64,000 bases of DNA. It comes from a virus. Taxonomy: Duplodnaviria > Caudoviricetes. The DNA lies in the IMG/VR virus record IMGVR_UViG_3300046460_000154, positions 103-64,102 of that record; one strand, written 5' to 3'. Shown in pieces: positions 46,855 to 55,546 of the stretch. The notes below the pieces were generated by a model. It was not told where the DNA came from and did no database searches. It saw only the letters and a list, made by a program, of their open reading frames with translations. Both the position numbers and the translations under genes were made by a program. Numbering within the stretch: position 1 is the stretch's first letter; each line of letters opens with the position of its first letter.

Positions 46855-47187
46855 ATGAGCGTTGATGAGGAAGTTTCGTCCGGGGGGGCCGCTGCCGAGG
46901 TCGTAATTTCGAGCGGGCGTAAGATCGCCGTAGGCGGCGACTGGTGGGACATTCGCGATGATGGGAGACCGGCGGAGTTTGTCGAGGTAATCACGGAATG
47001 CAGGCAGCGAAACGGTGTCGTATTTCTTGCCTTCGCCTCCATGATCATCGACGCCAACAATACCGGACTCGTCTCCATCGCGTCCCGCCTGCGGATGGAC
47101 CTCGCCAACGCGCAGCATCTTCGCAATATGCTGGACAACATCATCACCGATGCCTTGAAGCCATCCGACAAAACGAACGCGAACTGA
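46855..47187 (+). CDS. hypothetical protein, antisense within the cro operon
   Basis: AGGAG RBS; SRLRMDLANAQHLRNML. Confidence 0.6.
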   Translation: MSVDEEVSSGGAAAEVVISSGRKIAVGGDWWDIRDDGRPAEFVEVITECRQRNGVVFLAFASMIIDANNTGLVSIASRLRMDLANAQHLRNMLDNIITDALKPSDKTNAN

Positions 47188-47192
47188 GTGTC

Positions 47193-47441
47193 TCACTGCA
47201 CCGTTCCCCCGTTCATCTGTGCGAGGACAGCGTGGCATGCGTCTGAAAGTTCGATCAGGGATTCCCGTTGCGAGGGGTGCTTCCACTTGGCTTCATCGCC
47301 GGAAACGAAGTTTGAATGCAGCGCGTTACCGGCAGCCATGAGAAGTTCCAGCATAGATGCCCTGAGCGCCGCTTGGTGCGCCTCGGCGCGAGCCAACTTG
47401 ACTTCGCCTTCCATGTATTCACCCGTGAAAATACCGCTCAT
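47193..47441 (-). CDS. hypothetical protein
   Basis: ATGA-coupled to cro. Confidence 0.6.
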   Translation of the reverse strand: MSGIFTGEYMEGEVKLARAEAHQAALRASMLELLMAAGNALHSNFVSGDEAKWKHPSQRESLIELSDACHAVLAQMNGGTVQ

Positions 47442-47671
47442 GCCGCAGTCTCCCGAATGGCGCAATTTGCCTCGTACAGTTCCTCCGGCGACGTTTCCGC
47501 CAGTGACATAACGAGCGGCCAGTGACGGTCAGGAATCCCGTTCTTTTCCCATTTGTAGACCGCGTCGAAAGTGAGCGGTCGCTTGCCTGTGGCCTTGTCG
47601 ATAGGGCCGCTGGCTTCGTGGATTTTGCGAGCACCGCCCGCTGCCTTGATGATGTCGGATATCGTTCGCAT
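47438..47671 (-). CDS. cro: Cro-like regulator
   Basis: IIKAAGG..DAVYKWEKNGIPDRHW; divergent from cI. Confidence 0.8.
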   Translation of the reverse strand: MRTISDIIKAAGGARKIHEASGPIDKATGKRPLTFDAVYKWEKNGIPDRHWPLVMSLAETSPEELYEANCAIRETAA

Positions 47672-47684
47672 GCACTTTCTATAC

Positions 47685-47738
47685 GGAATTTAATTCCAAC
47701 TTTCAAGCGGGGAATTCAATAACTTTGAATTATTTTCC
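47685..47738. promoter_or_regulatory. oR-like operators
   Basis: palindrome GGAATTTAATTCC at 47685, degenerate copies at 47711 and 47726; same motif at 48984 and 49012. Confidence 0.75.
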
Positions 47739-47754
47739 AAGTTATCTTCTCGGC

Positions 47755-48336
47755 ATGACATGGGCCGCGAGACTGCAGAGCAAATTCAAGGATACGGGCT
47801 GGACGAAGGCGGAGCTTTCGCGCCGATCTGAGGTCGATTACGACAACGTCACGAAGTACCTGGCTGGGAAGGTCAAGCAGCCACGCGGGGACGTGCTGGC
47901 GCAGCTCGCACGAGCGCTTGATGTCGATCCGCTATGGCTGGAAAAGGGAATTGACCCGGACGCACCTTCGCGGAGTGTCCCGCTCAAAGGCTTCATTGGC
48001 GCGGGGCAGTATGTCGAAGCGTTGGAGCATGGCCCGGAAGAGACCGACGCGCCGGCCGATTCACACCCTGACACCGTTGCTGCGCAGATCAAGGGCGACT
48101 CTCAACTGCCGATGCTGCATGACGGGTGGATCATTTATTGGTCGATCCTTAAGCCGCCCGCTCTGATGGTCAATCAAATGGCAGTCGTGCAGCTCGCCGA
48201 TAGCCGGATCATGGTCAAGACGCTTCGGAATGGATCGCAGCCGGGGCTGTGGACGCTGACCAGCTTCAACGCCGCCGATATCGTAGACGTGCCGGTTGAT
48301 TGGGCTGCGAAGATAGATTGGATCAAGCCGAGATGA
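47755..48336 (+). CDS. cI: CI repressor (XRE HTH + S24 peptidase)
   Basis: ELSRRSEV..LARALDVDPLWL; GAG cleavage site; GDSQ and MVK catalytic motifs. Confidence 0.9.
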   Translation: MTWAARLQSKFKDTGWTKAELSRRSEVDYDNVTKYLAGKVKQPRGDVLAQLARALDVDPLWLEKGIDPDAPSRSVPLKGFIGAGQYVEALEHGPEETDAPADSHPDTVAAQIKGDSQLPMLHDGWIIYWSILKPPALMVNQMAVVQLADSRIMVKTLRNGSQPGLWTLTSFNAADIVDVPVDWAAKIDWIKPR

Positions 48337-48518
48337 AGCAGGCATCCTATGGACTGGTGTTTCTGGGACTGTGCATCGTTGCCGCCGCTATCATCATCGC
48401 GCTTTCGAGCCGATATTCTGGCGGCCCTTTGTCGGAAGGGGTTACTTGGAAACTCGATCGGATGACAGGGCGGATGATTTATTGCGGGATAACCGGGTGC
48501 ATTGAGCCCAAGCTCTAG
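48333..48518 (+). CDS. small membrane protein co-transcribed with cI
   Basis: ATGA coupling; one TM; WKLDRMTG. Confidence 0.65.
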   Translation: MKQASYGLVFLGLCIVAAAIIIALSSRYSGGPLSEGVTWKLDRMTGRMIYCGITGCIEPKL

Positions 48519-48519
48519 G

Positions 48520-48939
48520 CATAGGTATCATCATAGACGTAAGGTGAGGTAACACCTTGTCTTGATCCGCACTTCCGAGCTTTCAGACAGAACAGCACAT
48601 TATCGACCAGGCTGATGCACGGATGGTCCCGGCGTCTCTGTAGGGGCCTGCGCTCCCGGTGATAAGGCATTCGCGCCTAACCTCACGCAATTCGTCGTTT
48701 ATGCTACCTTGCGAGCAGCTAGGTCCGTCCAAGACCGCGCTTTCTGTCTCACCACATACCCTATGAGAAATTAGCCATTGACCATCGATCTCACGTTTAC
48801 CCCGGTTTAAAGGCCGGAACCTGATGGAGAGCTTTTCGTTGACTTAGGCGCCGTTACTGTATAACATTTGCCCTGTCCAAGACTGGTTAGCACTTCCAAC
48901 TAAACCACATTCAGAAGCCTCGCCCTAACTCGGCGGGGT
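48520..48939 (-). ncRNA. candidate ~420-nt structured non-coding RNA
   Basis: promoter TTGCAA-N17-TATAAC (48974..48946, minus); no ORF >=60 aa; nested stems, e.g. 48585-92/48742-49. Confidence 0.55.
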
Positions 48940-48943
48940 TTTT
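48873..48943 (+). ncRNA. candidate ~70-nt antisense RNA
   Basis: TTGACT (48839)-N17-TAACAT promoter; stem-loop TGGTTAG-CACTTCCAA-CTAAACCA; terminator GCCTCGCC..GGCGGGGT-TTTT. Confidence 0.65.
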
Positions 48944-48983
48944 GCGTTATAGAGCCACCCTCTTCCCATTGCAATAAAAAGTT

Positions 48984-49032
48984 GGATTTTAATTCCGATT
49001 GTTGTTGACTTGGAATTTAATTCCGATATTCT
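48984..49032 (+). promoter_or_regulatory. pL-like early promoter with two CI operators
   Basis: GGATTTTAATTCC (48984), GGAATTTAATTCC (49012); TTGACT (49005)-N16-TATTCT. Confidence 0.75.
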
Positions 49033-49087
49033 CTCCTCATTCGAACAGCGACTTCCTCCCCCACGGGGAACGAACGGAGAGAACGGA

Positions 49088-49399
49088 ATGGCCAGCCTGC
49101 TAATCACCAAAGAAACCGCAATGGACATTGCCTACGCATATCGCGAGGTCGAAGTGGCCGAGAAGCTCCTAGCTGAGATCACAGAATCTTTGGAGCGCCG
49201 CCAGCAGCCGGACATTCGTGACGCCTTTGGACGTCAGCAGGGCGGTTTGCAGTTGGGAGTGCCAAGCGGCGAAAACTCTCATCGCCTTTTCAACGTCCCG
49301 TGGGAACTGGCGAAGCCAATCCTTGAAACGCATATCGCTGCGTCTAAGGCGAAGATCGCCGTCCTCACCGAGAAGGCAAAGGAAGAGTGCCGGTTCTGA
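49088..49399 (+). CDS. early hypothetical protein
   Basis: GGAGA RBS; first pL gene. Confidence 0.7.
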   Translation: MASLLITKETAMDIAYAYREVEVAEKLLAEITESLERRQQPDIRDAFGRQQGGLQLGVPSGENSHRLFNVPWELAKPILETHIAASKAKIAVLTEKAKEECRF

Positions 49400-49484
49400 C
49401 CGCTTAGGCAATGGCCTTCGGGCCATTTTCCAAACGATCACTCCCCCACGGGGAAAAGACGCTGGCAACTGGAGAACGACGGAA

Positions 49485-49637
49485 ATGACGAACCTCGAAG
49501 CCGCAGCCGACGCATACGCCAAAGACAAGCAGGCGGCCTATGTCGCCAAGCGCGGCGGCAGCGTTCCAGTCAAGGCCGCTCTCGACGTCTATCTCTGGGC
49601 CTTCAATCGCTTCGTTGCGAACCCGGACGCCGCCTGA
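49485..49637 (+). CDS. early hypothetical protein
   Basis: GGAGA RBS. Confidence 0.55.
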   Translation: MTNLEAAADAYAKDKQAAYVAKRGGSVPVKAALDVYLWAFNRFVANPDAA

Positions 49638-49681
49638 CTTCCCCCTTCCCCCATCCCCCATTCAAGGGAACGGATCCGAAA

Positions 49682-50077
49682 ATGATGACGATAGCTGGAT
49701 TGCTCAATGAACAGGCGCTTGACGCCGCTTGCACTGCCGGGCTCCAAGCCGCCCTGAGAACATCTGGCATCTATAGGTCGGAAATCGAAGCCGCTATTTT
49801 GGCCTACCTGACAGCAGTTCATCCTAAGCCTGACGCGCCATCCGCGACAACCCTTTGTGAGGACTGCCCCCGGTACGGACATTCCACCGATGACACGCGA
49901 TGCACGCCCTGCCCTCGTCGCCACCAATGGCGTGTTCGGGAGTTCTCGGCAGTCACCCTCGAATGCTGCGATGTTTGCGGGATGGTGAAGAACATTGATC
50001 AACCGAACAAGCCATGTCGCGGCCCGGCAACGGTCGGACCTAAGAGTGCCGCAACTCTCAAAGCGCTCGATGGCTAG
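49682..50077 (+). CDS. early Cys-rich protein
   Basis: CEDCP..CTPCP; CCDVCG..C. Confidence 0.6.
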   Translation: MMTIAGLLNEQALDAACTAGLQAALRTSGIYRSEIEAAILAYLTAVHPKPDAPSATTLCEDCPRYGHSTDDTRCTPCPRRHQWRVREFSAVTLECCDVCGMVKNIDQPNKPCRGPATVGPKSAATLKALDG

Positions 50078-50117
50078 CCCTCCCCGACAAGGGAGAGATG
50101 AAACCGGAGAAACGGAA

Positions 50118-50429
50118 ATGCCCGCCCTCGACATCCTCAAGCAACGCGACATGGCAGCGATGGCCCTCCGGCTTAACCGCCAGATTATCGACGAAGATGT
50201 TCGCGGCTGCCGCTGGGTTGTCGAGTATCGCAGCAAGCGGACGGACGTCCATGCGGATTACCTCCGGACTCTCCGACTTCTTACCGAGGCACAGGCCCTC
50301 GCCGACAAGCTCGGCATGCAGGACTGCCCCCTCGCCCATCCAATTCCACCGCTGGAAATCTGGCGGGATGACTTTCGCTGGGACGACGTTCTCGCCCGGA
50401 CAAACCCACCATTCGCGACTGCGGCTTGA
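50118..50429 (+). CDS. early hypothetical protein
   Basis: GGAGA RBS. Confidence 0.6.
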   Translation: MPALDILKQRDMAAMALRLNRQIIDEDVRGCRWVVEYRSKRTDVHADYLRTLRLLTEAQALADKLGMQDCPLAHPIPPLEIWRDDFRWDDVLARTNPPFATAA

Positions 50430-50440
50430 AGGAGACGACG

Positions 50441-50845
50441 ATGACAACCGAACTGGTAATCAAGGAAAAGCTTGCCGACCTCGTCAAGGGGATGCTGGCC
50501 AAGGGGTTTCGGCAGCCGGAATCCACTTTCATTCTCCAGGCCGACAAAGAGCCCATGATCATGTTTGGTTGGCTCCCGGCTGGCCGCATGTTTCGAAACT
50601 ATGACGGCGACTCGGCGCATTTTGCCGGCGCAGACTTCTCCGAATGCTTGGTGAAGGCTCACGAATGGCTGGACAAACAGCCCACCGTCGAGCAGCGCCA
50701 GTTCCGCGAGTTCGCTGAAATCCTCGCCAAGGCGGTAGAGGTCGGCAAGCAGAACGGTATCGACGCCGTGCTCGTCAACCCGCTCGAAAAGGCCATGCGC
50801 GATCTTAGCAAGAACGCGCTCATGTTTCAGTCGGAAGCCGCCTGA
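50441..50845 (+). CDS. early hypothetical protein
   Basis: AAGGAG RBS; NPLEKAMRDLSKNAL. Confidence 0.7.
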   Translation: MTTELVIKEKLADLVKGMLAKGFRQPESTFILQADKEPMIMFGWLPAGRMFRNYDGDSAHFAGADFSECLVKAHEWLDKQPTVEQRQFREFAEILAKAVEVGKQNGIDAVLVNPLEKAMRDLSKNALMFQSEAA

Positions 50846-50912
50846 TGCGCGCCCCCGACTATTCCACCCACACCGTCCAACTCGGGACCGTTTCGACTGT
50901 AGCGAGGGTGGG

Positions 50913-51293
50913 ATGATGGGTGATGTTACCGGACCAATATCAAGCCTTCCCGGTCGGCTGCACGAAGTCCCGAAGGATGCCGTCTGCGATGTCCATCCGG
51001 ACAGGCCAGCCGAAGTTCGCATCCAAGGCGAGACCGACTCGTTCGGCTGCGAGATGATCGACATGTGCTGGGAGTGCGCGGAAGAGCATCGCGCCTATCT
51101 CAAGTCCGACCAGTTCAAGGAAGACACCACTGGTCAATGCGGCTGGTGCCGCAACTGGGCTGAAGGTCTCCGGCCTACCCGCGATTACGACGAGGGCTTG
51201 TCCGGGCCTGTCTATCAGGTCTGCCAGCCGTGCCGCAAGCGCCGCGACGACGAGGCCGCAGCCGAGCTCGATAGCTACGGCGACTGGGACTGA
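50913..51293 (+). CDS. early Zn-binding protein
   Basis: CDVH..C..CWEC..CGWC..CQPC. Confidence 0.7.
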   Translation: MMGDVTGPISSLPGRLHEVPKDAVCDVHPDRPAEVRIQGETDSFGCEMIDMCWECAEEHRAYLKSDQFKEDTTGQCGWCRNWAEGLRPTRDYDEGLSGPVYQVCQPCRKRRDDEAAAELDSYGDWD

Positions 51294-51332
51294 CCGCCTG
51301 ACCCGCATGTAGCGAGAAACTGAGGAAAGACG

Positions 51333-51680
51333 ATGACCGATGACAGAAACCTATCCGCTCTTTTCAGCGCTATTGTTGAATGGGCTCTGCAAGTTAAGGG
51401 AGCCGAAGACGTGGGCTCCGGTGGCACCATTTGGATCGAGCAGACGGAGCCGAACGAGCACTTCTCCGCTGCGGTGAAAGTTGAGATGAACGCCACGACG
51501 GCTGAAATCGACGACATCCCGCCGTTTCATGCCCGACTGACCAACGAAGTCTATTTCCCCGGCATCATGGGCTTGGTGAATCCGTACGGCGGAACCCTTG
51601 TCGGTGCTGGGCCGGGCGATGAGGACCGCCTCATCGAGCACTTCAATAGCCAACCGCGACCGCAGTCGGAAGCCGCCTGA
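51333..51680 (+). CDS. early hypothetical protein
   Basis: GAGGA RBS. Confidence 0.65.
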   Translation: MTDDRNLSALFSAIVEWALQVKGAEDVGSGGTIWIEQTEPNEHFSAAVKVEMNATTAEIDDIPPFHARLTNEVYFPGIMGLVNPYGGTLVGAGPGDEDRLIEHFNSQPRPQSEAA

Positions 51681-51703
51681 CCCCTTCCACCGAGGACCTA
51701 TCC

Positions 51704-51922
51704 ATGGAGACCGAGATGCGCACGATGACCCTGAACCTCTCAGACGAAGAAATGGAAGCGGTCGAGAAGATGGCTGCGGATGGCGACATGTCCAAGACCG
51801 CCGTCATGAAGCAGGCGCTTCGCGTCTACCAACTCATCAGGGTTCGGATGCAGGCCGGCGAAACCATGAGTTTCAGCGGCGACCAGCAGCGAGCCATCCA
51901 ATTCATCGGACCCGGCTTCTAG
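51704..51922 (+). CDS. CopG/RHH DNA-binding protein
   Basis: MTLNLSDEEMEAVEKMA..SKTAVMKQALR. Confidence 0.75.
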   Translation: METEMRTMTLNLSDEEMEAVEKMAADGDMSKTAVMKQALRVYQLIRVRMQAGETMSFSGDQQRAIQFIGPGF

Positions 51923-51953
51923 CCTCAACACTTCCACCGAGGACGACCTATCC

Positions 51954-52307
51954 ATGGACGAGATACACACACTGAGGGAGAAGGCGGAGATCGACGAGAT
52001 CGCTGCTGCTTTCCAAAACGGGTTTACCAACGGCAACGCGGGTTGGGAAGAGACGCCGGAATACCACAAGGATATGTTCCGAGAGGGTACTCGCTGCGCG
52101 CTCGCCCTCCTCGCTTCCCGCACCAGCAATGAAGCGCTCCGGAGTGCGGTGGAGAAACTCGACGCCTATTGGACTCAGAGCTTTCCAGGCGGTCCTGACG
52201 GCGATCCTTCGTGGGCCGGCGGGCTTGGGAGATTGTCCGACGACACTATCGAACTTTGGCGAGAAGTTCGCTCCACGCTCTCCGTTGGACGGGGAGAAGA
52301 GGGATGA
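51954..52307 (+). CDS. early hypothetical protein
   Basis: GAGGA RBS. Confidence 0.6.
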   Translation: MDEIHTLREKAEIDEIAAAFQNGFTNGNAGWEETPEYHKDMFREGTRCALALLASRTSNEALRSAVEKLDAYWTQSFPGGPDGDPSWAGGLGRLSDDTIELWREVRSTLSVGRGEEG

Positions 52308-52609
52308 GCGAGATAAAAATGCGCTCGCCCAGCGGCGGTAAGTCGTCGATCAGCGTCGAGAGTTCTGGAGAAGGAGTTTCAATAAGGTTTTCCCGATCTT
52401 CGGACGGGGAAGTGATGGTCATGCTGCCAAGATACGCGGCCGAGCAACTGGCTAAGCAGATCAGCGACACCCTTACTGGGACTGAAACCGTGGTCCTCAC
52501 TCGTCAGCAAATCGACGCCATCCTGCGGGCGGCATACCCGTTCAGCACCAACGACGAACGCTCGAATACGCATCAATCCGCACTCTCTCCCCATGGGAGG
52601 GACGTATGA
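52304..52609 (+). CDS. early hypothetical protein
   Basis: ATGA coupling. Confidence 0.55.
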   Translation: MSEIKMRSPSGGKSSISVESSGEGVSIRFSRSSDGEVMVMLPRYAAEQLAKQISDTLTGTETVVLTRQQIDAILRAAYPFSTNDERSNTHQSALSPHGRDV

Positions 52610-53178
52610 TGGGCGTGAAGATCACAGACGAGATGGTCAATGCCGCATGCAAGGCGGTTATTCTTGGTGTGGATGAACGCGAAAAGCCCGTGCACCTTTC
52701 ACGGGAGGAGGCCCGCGCCGCTCTCGAAGCAGCCATCACCGCCCCCGATAAGCAGGAGGCGACCGCTACAGCGCGCGATATCGATAGCGGGCGGTTTGAC
52801 GAGTGGTCTACCGCAGAACTCTCCGCACAGTGCAAAATGCAATCTCGCGAACAAATGGATCCTGAATTCTCGCAGTTCATGGCCGAGGTCGGCAAGAGGC
52901 TTCAAACAGAAGCAGAACCCGTCGCATGGACTGGCAAAGCGCAATTAGAAGCCAACGCCCGTTATCCAAAGGCTGGATACACCATGTGGGGCCAGAAGGC
53001 TCAGTCACGCGACATTCCGCTCTATCTCGCACCCGCCAGATCGGACGACGCGCTGAGGGCAGAGAACGAGAGGCTGCGGGAAGCGCTGACGCGGATCGCC
53101 TGCCTCAGCCAGGACGACAATCTGCTCTGGTGGCAAGTTCAGGCCCGCGCCGCTCTAACATCCAATGAGGAGGGGTAG
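52606..53178 (+). CDS. early mosaic hypothetical protein
   Basis: ITDEMVNAA, EPVAW, PLY and ENERLREAL phage modules. Confidence 0.65.
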   Translation: MMGVKITDEMVNAACKAVILGVDEREKPVHLSREEARAALEAAITAPDKQEATATARDIDSGRFDEWSTAELSAQCKMQSREQMDPEFSQFMAEVGKRLQTEAEPVAWTGKAQLEANARYPKAGYTMWGQKAQSRDIPLYLAPARSDDALRAENERLREALTRIACLSQDDNLLWWQVQARAALTSNEEG

Positions 53179-53373
53179 ATGGGAAATCCCCGCGCACATG
53201 AAGATTTTCTGTTCCAGCGGAACGTCATCCTTCTGAGAACGGCTAACCCGATCAACCGCTGGTGGATCGCTCTCTACTTCCTCACCATCATCGGCTTTGG
53301 AACGGTTGGTGCCGTGGCCTTTGCCATGCCCGATATCATCGATCGGGTGAATGCACAGGAGGAAGTCCAATGA
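53179..53373 (+). CDS. small single-TM protein
   Basis: GAGGAG RBS; one TM. Confidence 0.55.
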   Translation: MGNPRAHEDFLFQRNVILLRTANPINRWWIALYFLTIIGFGTVGAVAFAMPDIIDRVNAQEEVQ

Positions 53374-53570
53374 CTCCGACGCCAGGTTCGCTTCGCCAGT
53401 TTGCCGCGAAAGAGCGCAAAGCCATTCGATTCTGCTGGCGGATGGTGGCTCGAAACACTGTCGCCGCCGTCAAGCGCAAGTTTTCAAAGAGCGCAACCGA
53501 TCACGAAGATCAGGCTGAATCCGTCGAACAGTTCATTCAGGAAGGATACCACAATGCCGCAAGAAATTGA
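53370..53570 (+). CDS. hypothetical protein
   Basis: ATGA coupling. Confidence 0.5.
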   Translation: MTPTPGSLRQFAAKERKAIRFCWRMVARNTVAAVKRKFSKSATDHEDQAESVEQFIQEGYHNAARN

Positions 53571-54339
53571 AGTCGCTGCCGAACGTATTGTTCGCCAAGA
53601 GAATGCTCCGATGGTTGCAATGATCGAGCGTATCGTCATGGACCCGTCTATCCCCATCGACCGCCTTGAACAGATGCTCGCCATGAAGGAGCGAATGGAA
53701 GACAGGGCTCGGGAAGATGACGAGCGGGCTGCCAAGCGATCCTATTTCGCCGCGATGTCCGCTTGCCAGGCTGAATTGCCTGTCGTCGTCAAAAACCAGC
53801 GCAACACGCATACCAAGTCGAATTATGCCGATCTGGCGGCGATTGAGCAACAGGCCATGCCGGTGATCCACAAGCACGGCTTTGCGGTCTCGTTCCAGCC
53901 GGACGGGTTCAACGAGCGCGGCGAACTGCGTGTCCAGTGGGAAGTGTCTCACAAGGAAGGGCACGTCCGGAACGGCGTCGGTGAAATCCCCGTGGACGGT
54001 GCAGGATCGCAGGGCAAGGTCAACAAGACTGGCACGCAGGCTTTTGGCAGTACCGCCACCTATGGCCGGCGCTATCTCCTGTGCATGCTGTTCAACATCA
54101 GCACAGGCGACGACACGGACGGCAACCGGCCGGCCAATGACGATGACGACGATTTCATTTCGTCCGATCAGGTGAAGATCATTCTCGACCTGATTGCCGA
54201 CACGGATTCCGACATCGAAAAGTTCTGCGAGATTGGCAAGATCGAAGCCGTTCCGGACATGAGATCCAGCCAGTTCGCGAGCGCTGTTGGCGTTCTCAAT
54301 CAGAAGAAGGCCAAGATGGCGCAGAGGGCTGCGTCATGA
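53554..54339 (+). CDS. ERF-family single-strand annealing protein
   Basis: YADLAAIE..HGF..QAFGSTATYGRRYLL..DDTDG. Confidence 0.9.
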   Translation: MPQEIEVAAERIVRQENAPMVAMIERIVMDPSIPIDRLEQMLAMKERMEDRAREDDERAAKRSYFAAMSACQAELPVVVKNQRNTHTKSNYADLAAIEQQAMPVIHKHGFAVSFQPDGFNERGELRVQWEVSHKEGHVRNGVGEIPVDGAGSQGKVNKTGTQAFGSTATYGRRYLLCMLFNISTGDDTDGNRPANDDDDDFISSDQVKIILDLIADTDSDIEKFCEIGKIEAVPDMRSSQFASAVGVLNQKKAKMAQRAAS

Positions 54340-54938
54340 TCCTGTTTTTCGACACGGAAACCACGGGCCTGTTTCAAGACCGATTGCCGGTGGATGACCC
54401 TTCGCAGCCCTATATTGTCCAGTTGGCGGCGCAGCTCTGCGAAGATGACGGCGAACCCGTGTCTGGATTTTCCTTCATCGTTGAGCCAGGCATCGCGAGC
54501 TTTGGGCTGACAATCCCGGAGGGTGCCTCCAAGGTGCACGGCATCACTGACGAGCGAGCGGTTCAACTCGGCGTATCGTCTGAGTTCGCCCTGTCGGCCT
54601 TCACCCATCTCTACCAGCGAGCGGACGTCGTTTGCGCCCACAATATCAAGTTTGACAAGGGCGTGGTGGAGGCGGCGATAGCCCGCCACTACCAGAGGGT
54701 CATGCCGCTGCGGAAGCCGCTGTTCTGCACCATGGAAGCGGCCACGCCAGTAGTCAATCTGCCGCCGACCGAGCGGATGCGGGCAATGGGCATGACGAAG
54801 CCCAAGCCACCGAAACTGGCGGAATGCATCCGGCACTTCTTCGCCGAAGAGCTTGATGGCGCCCATGACGCAATGATCGATGTTTTGGCCTGCCGCCGCG
54901 TCTACATGCATCTCAAGACGTTGGAGACCGCGTCATGA
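54336..54938 (+). CDS. DnaQ-like 3'-5' exonuclease
   Basis: FFDTETTG, AHNIKFD, AHDAMIDV. Confidence 0.9.
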   Translation: MILFFDTETTGLFQDRLPVDDPSQPYIVQLAAQLCEDDGEPVSGFSFIVEPGIASFGLTIPEGASKVHGITDERAVQLGVSSEFALSAFTHLYQRADVVCAHNIKFDKGVVEAAIARHYQRVMPLRKPLFCTMEAATPVVNLPPTERMRAMGMTKPKPPKLAECIRHFFAEELDGAHDAMIDVLACRRVYMHLKTLETAS

Positions 54939-55546
54939 TGGAGGTCTTCGACATTGAGCAGGGCGAGGCGGAATGGTTTCAAGCGCGCCTCGGAATTCCG
55001 ACCGCGAGCAAGTTCGCTACCGTCATGGCCAAGGGCGAAGGGAAAACCCGTAGCGAGTACATGCGAAAGCTGGCCGGCGAGATACTGACCGGAGAGCCAG
55101 CTGACTCGTTCAGCAATGGGCACATGGAACGCGGCAAGGAGATGGAGGACGAGGCGCGGGAAACCTACGCCTTTGTCGAGAATGCCGAAATTCGGCGCGT
55201 TGGCTTCATTCGCAATGGCAAAAAGGGTGCTAGCCCGGATAGTCTTGTAGGCGCCAACGGCGGGCTCGAAATCAAGTCCGCGTTGCCTCACATTCAGATC
55301 GACCGTCTGGAACGGGATCGCCTGCCACCCGAGCATAAGGGGCAGGTTCAGGGCAATCTCTGGCTCTCCGAGCGTGAGTGGTGGGATTTCGTCTCCTATT
55401 GGCCACGCCTTCCGCTTCTTACCGTCCGCGTCTATCGCGACAAAGAATACATCCGCGAGATGGCAAACGAGATCGACCGATTCAACGACGAGCTTGATGC
55501 TCTGGTTGAACGCATCCGGCGCTATGGCGAAAAGGAGGTTGCATAA
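54935..55546 (+). CDS. YqaJ/lambda-exonuclease family protein
   Basis: WFQARLGIPTAS; GASPD; GLEIK; QVQGNLW. Confidence 0.9.
   Translation: MMEVFDIEQGEAEWFQARLGIPTASKFATVMAKGEGKTRSEYMRKLAGEILTGEPADSFSNGHMERGKEMEDEARETYAFVENAEIRRVGFIRNGKKGASPDSLVGANGGLEIKSALPHIQIDRLERDRLPPEHKGQVQGNLWLSEREWWDFVSYWPRLPLLTVRVYRDKEYIREMANEIDRFNDELDALVERIRRYGEKEVA

Noticed and set aside
49068-49084. Alphaproteobacterial LexA box (GAAC-N7-GAAC)
   Set aside because: Spacings between the GAAC copies are N0, N5 and N9, not N7
49056-51958. CRISPR-like array from the early-region repeats
   Set aside because: Repeats are short, few, irregularly spaced and separated by whole genes; no cas genes
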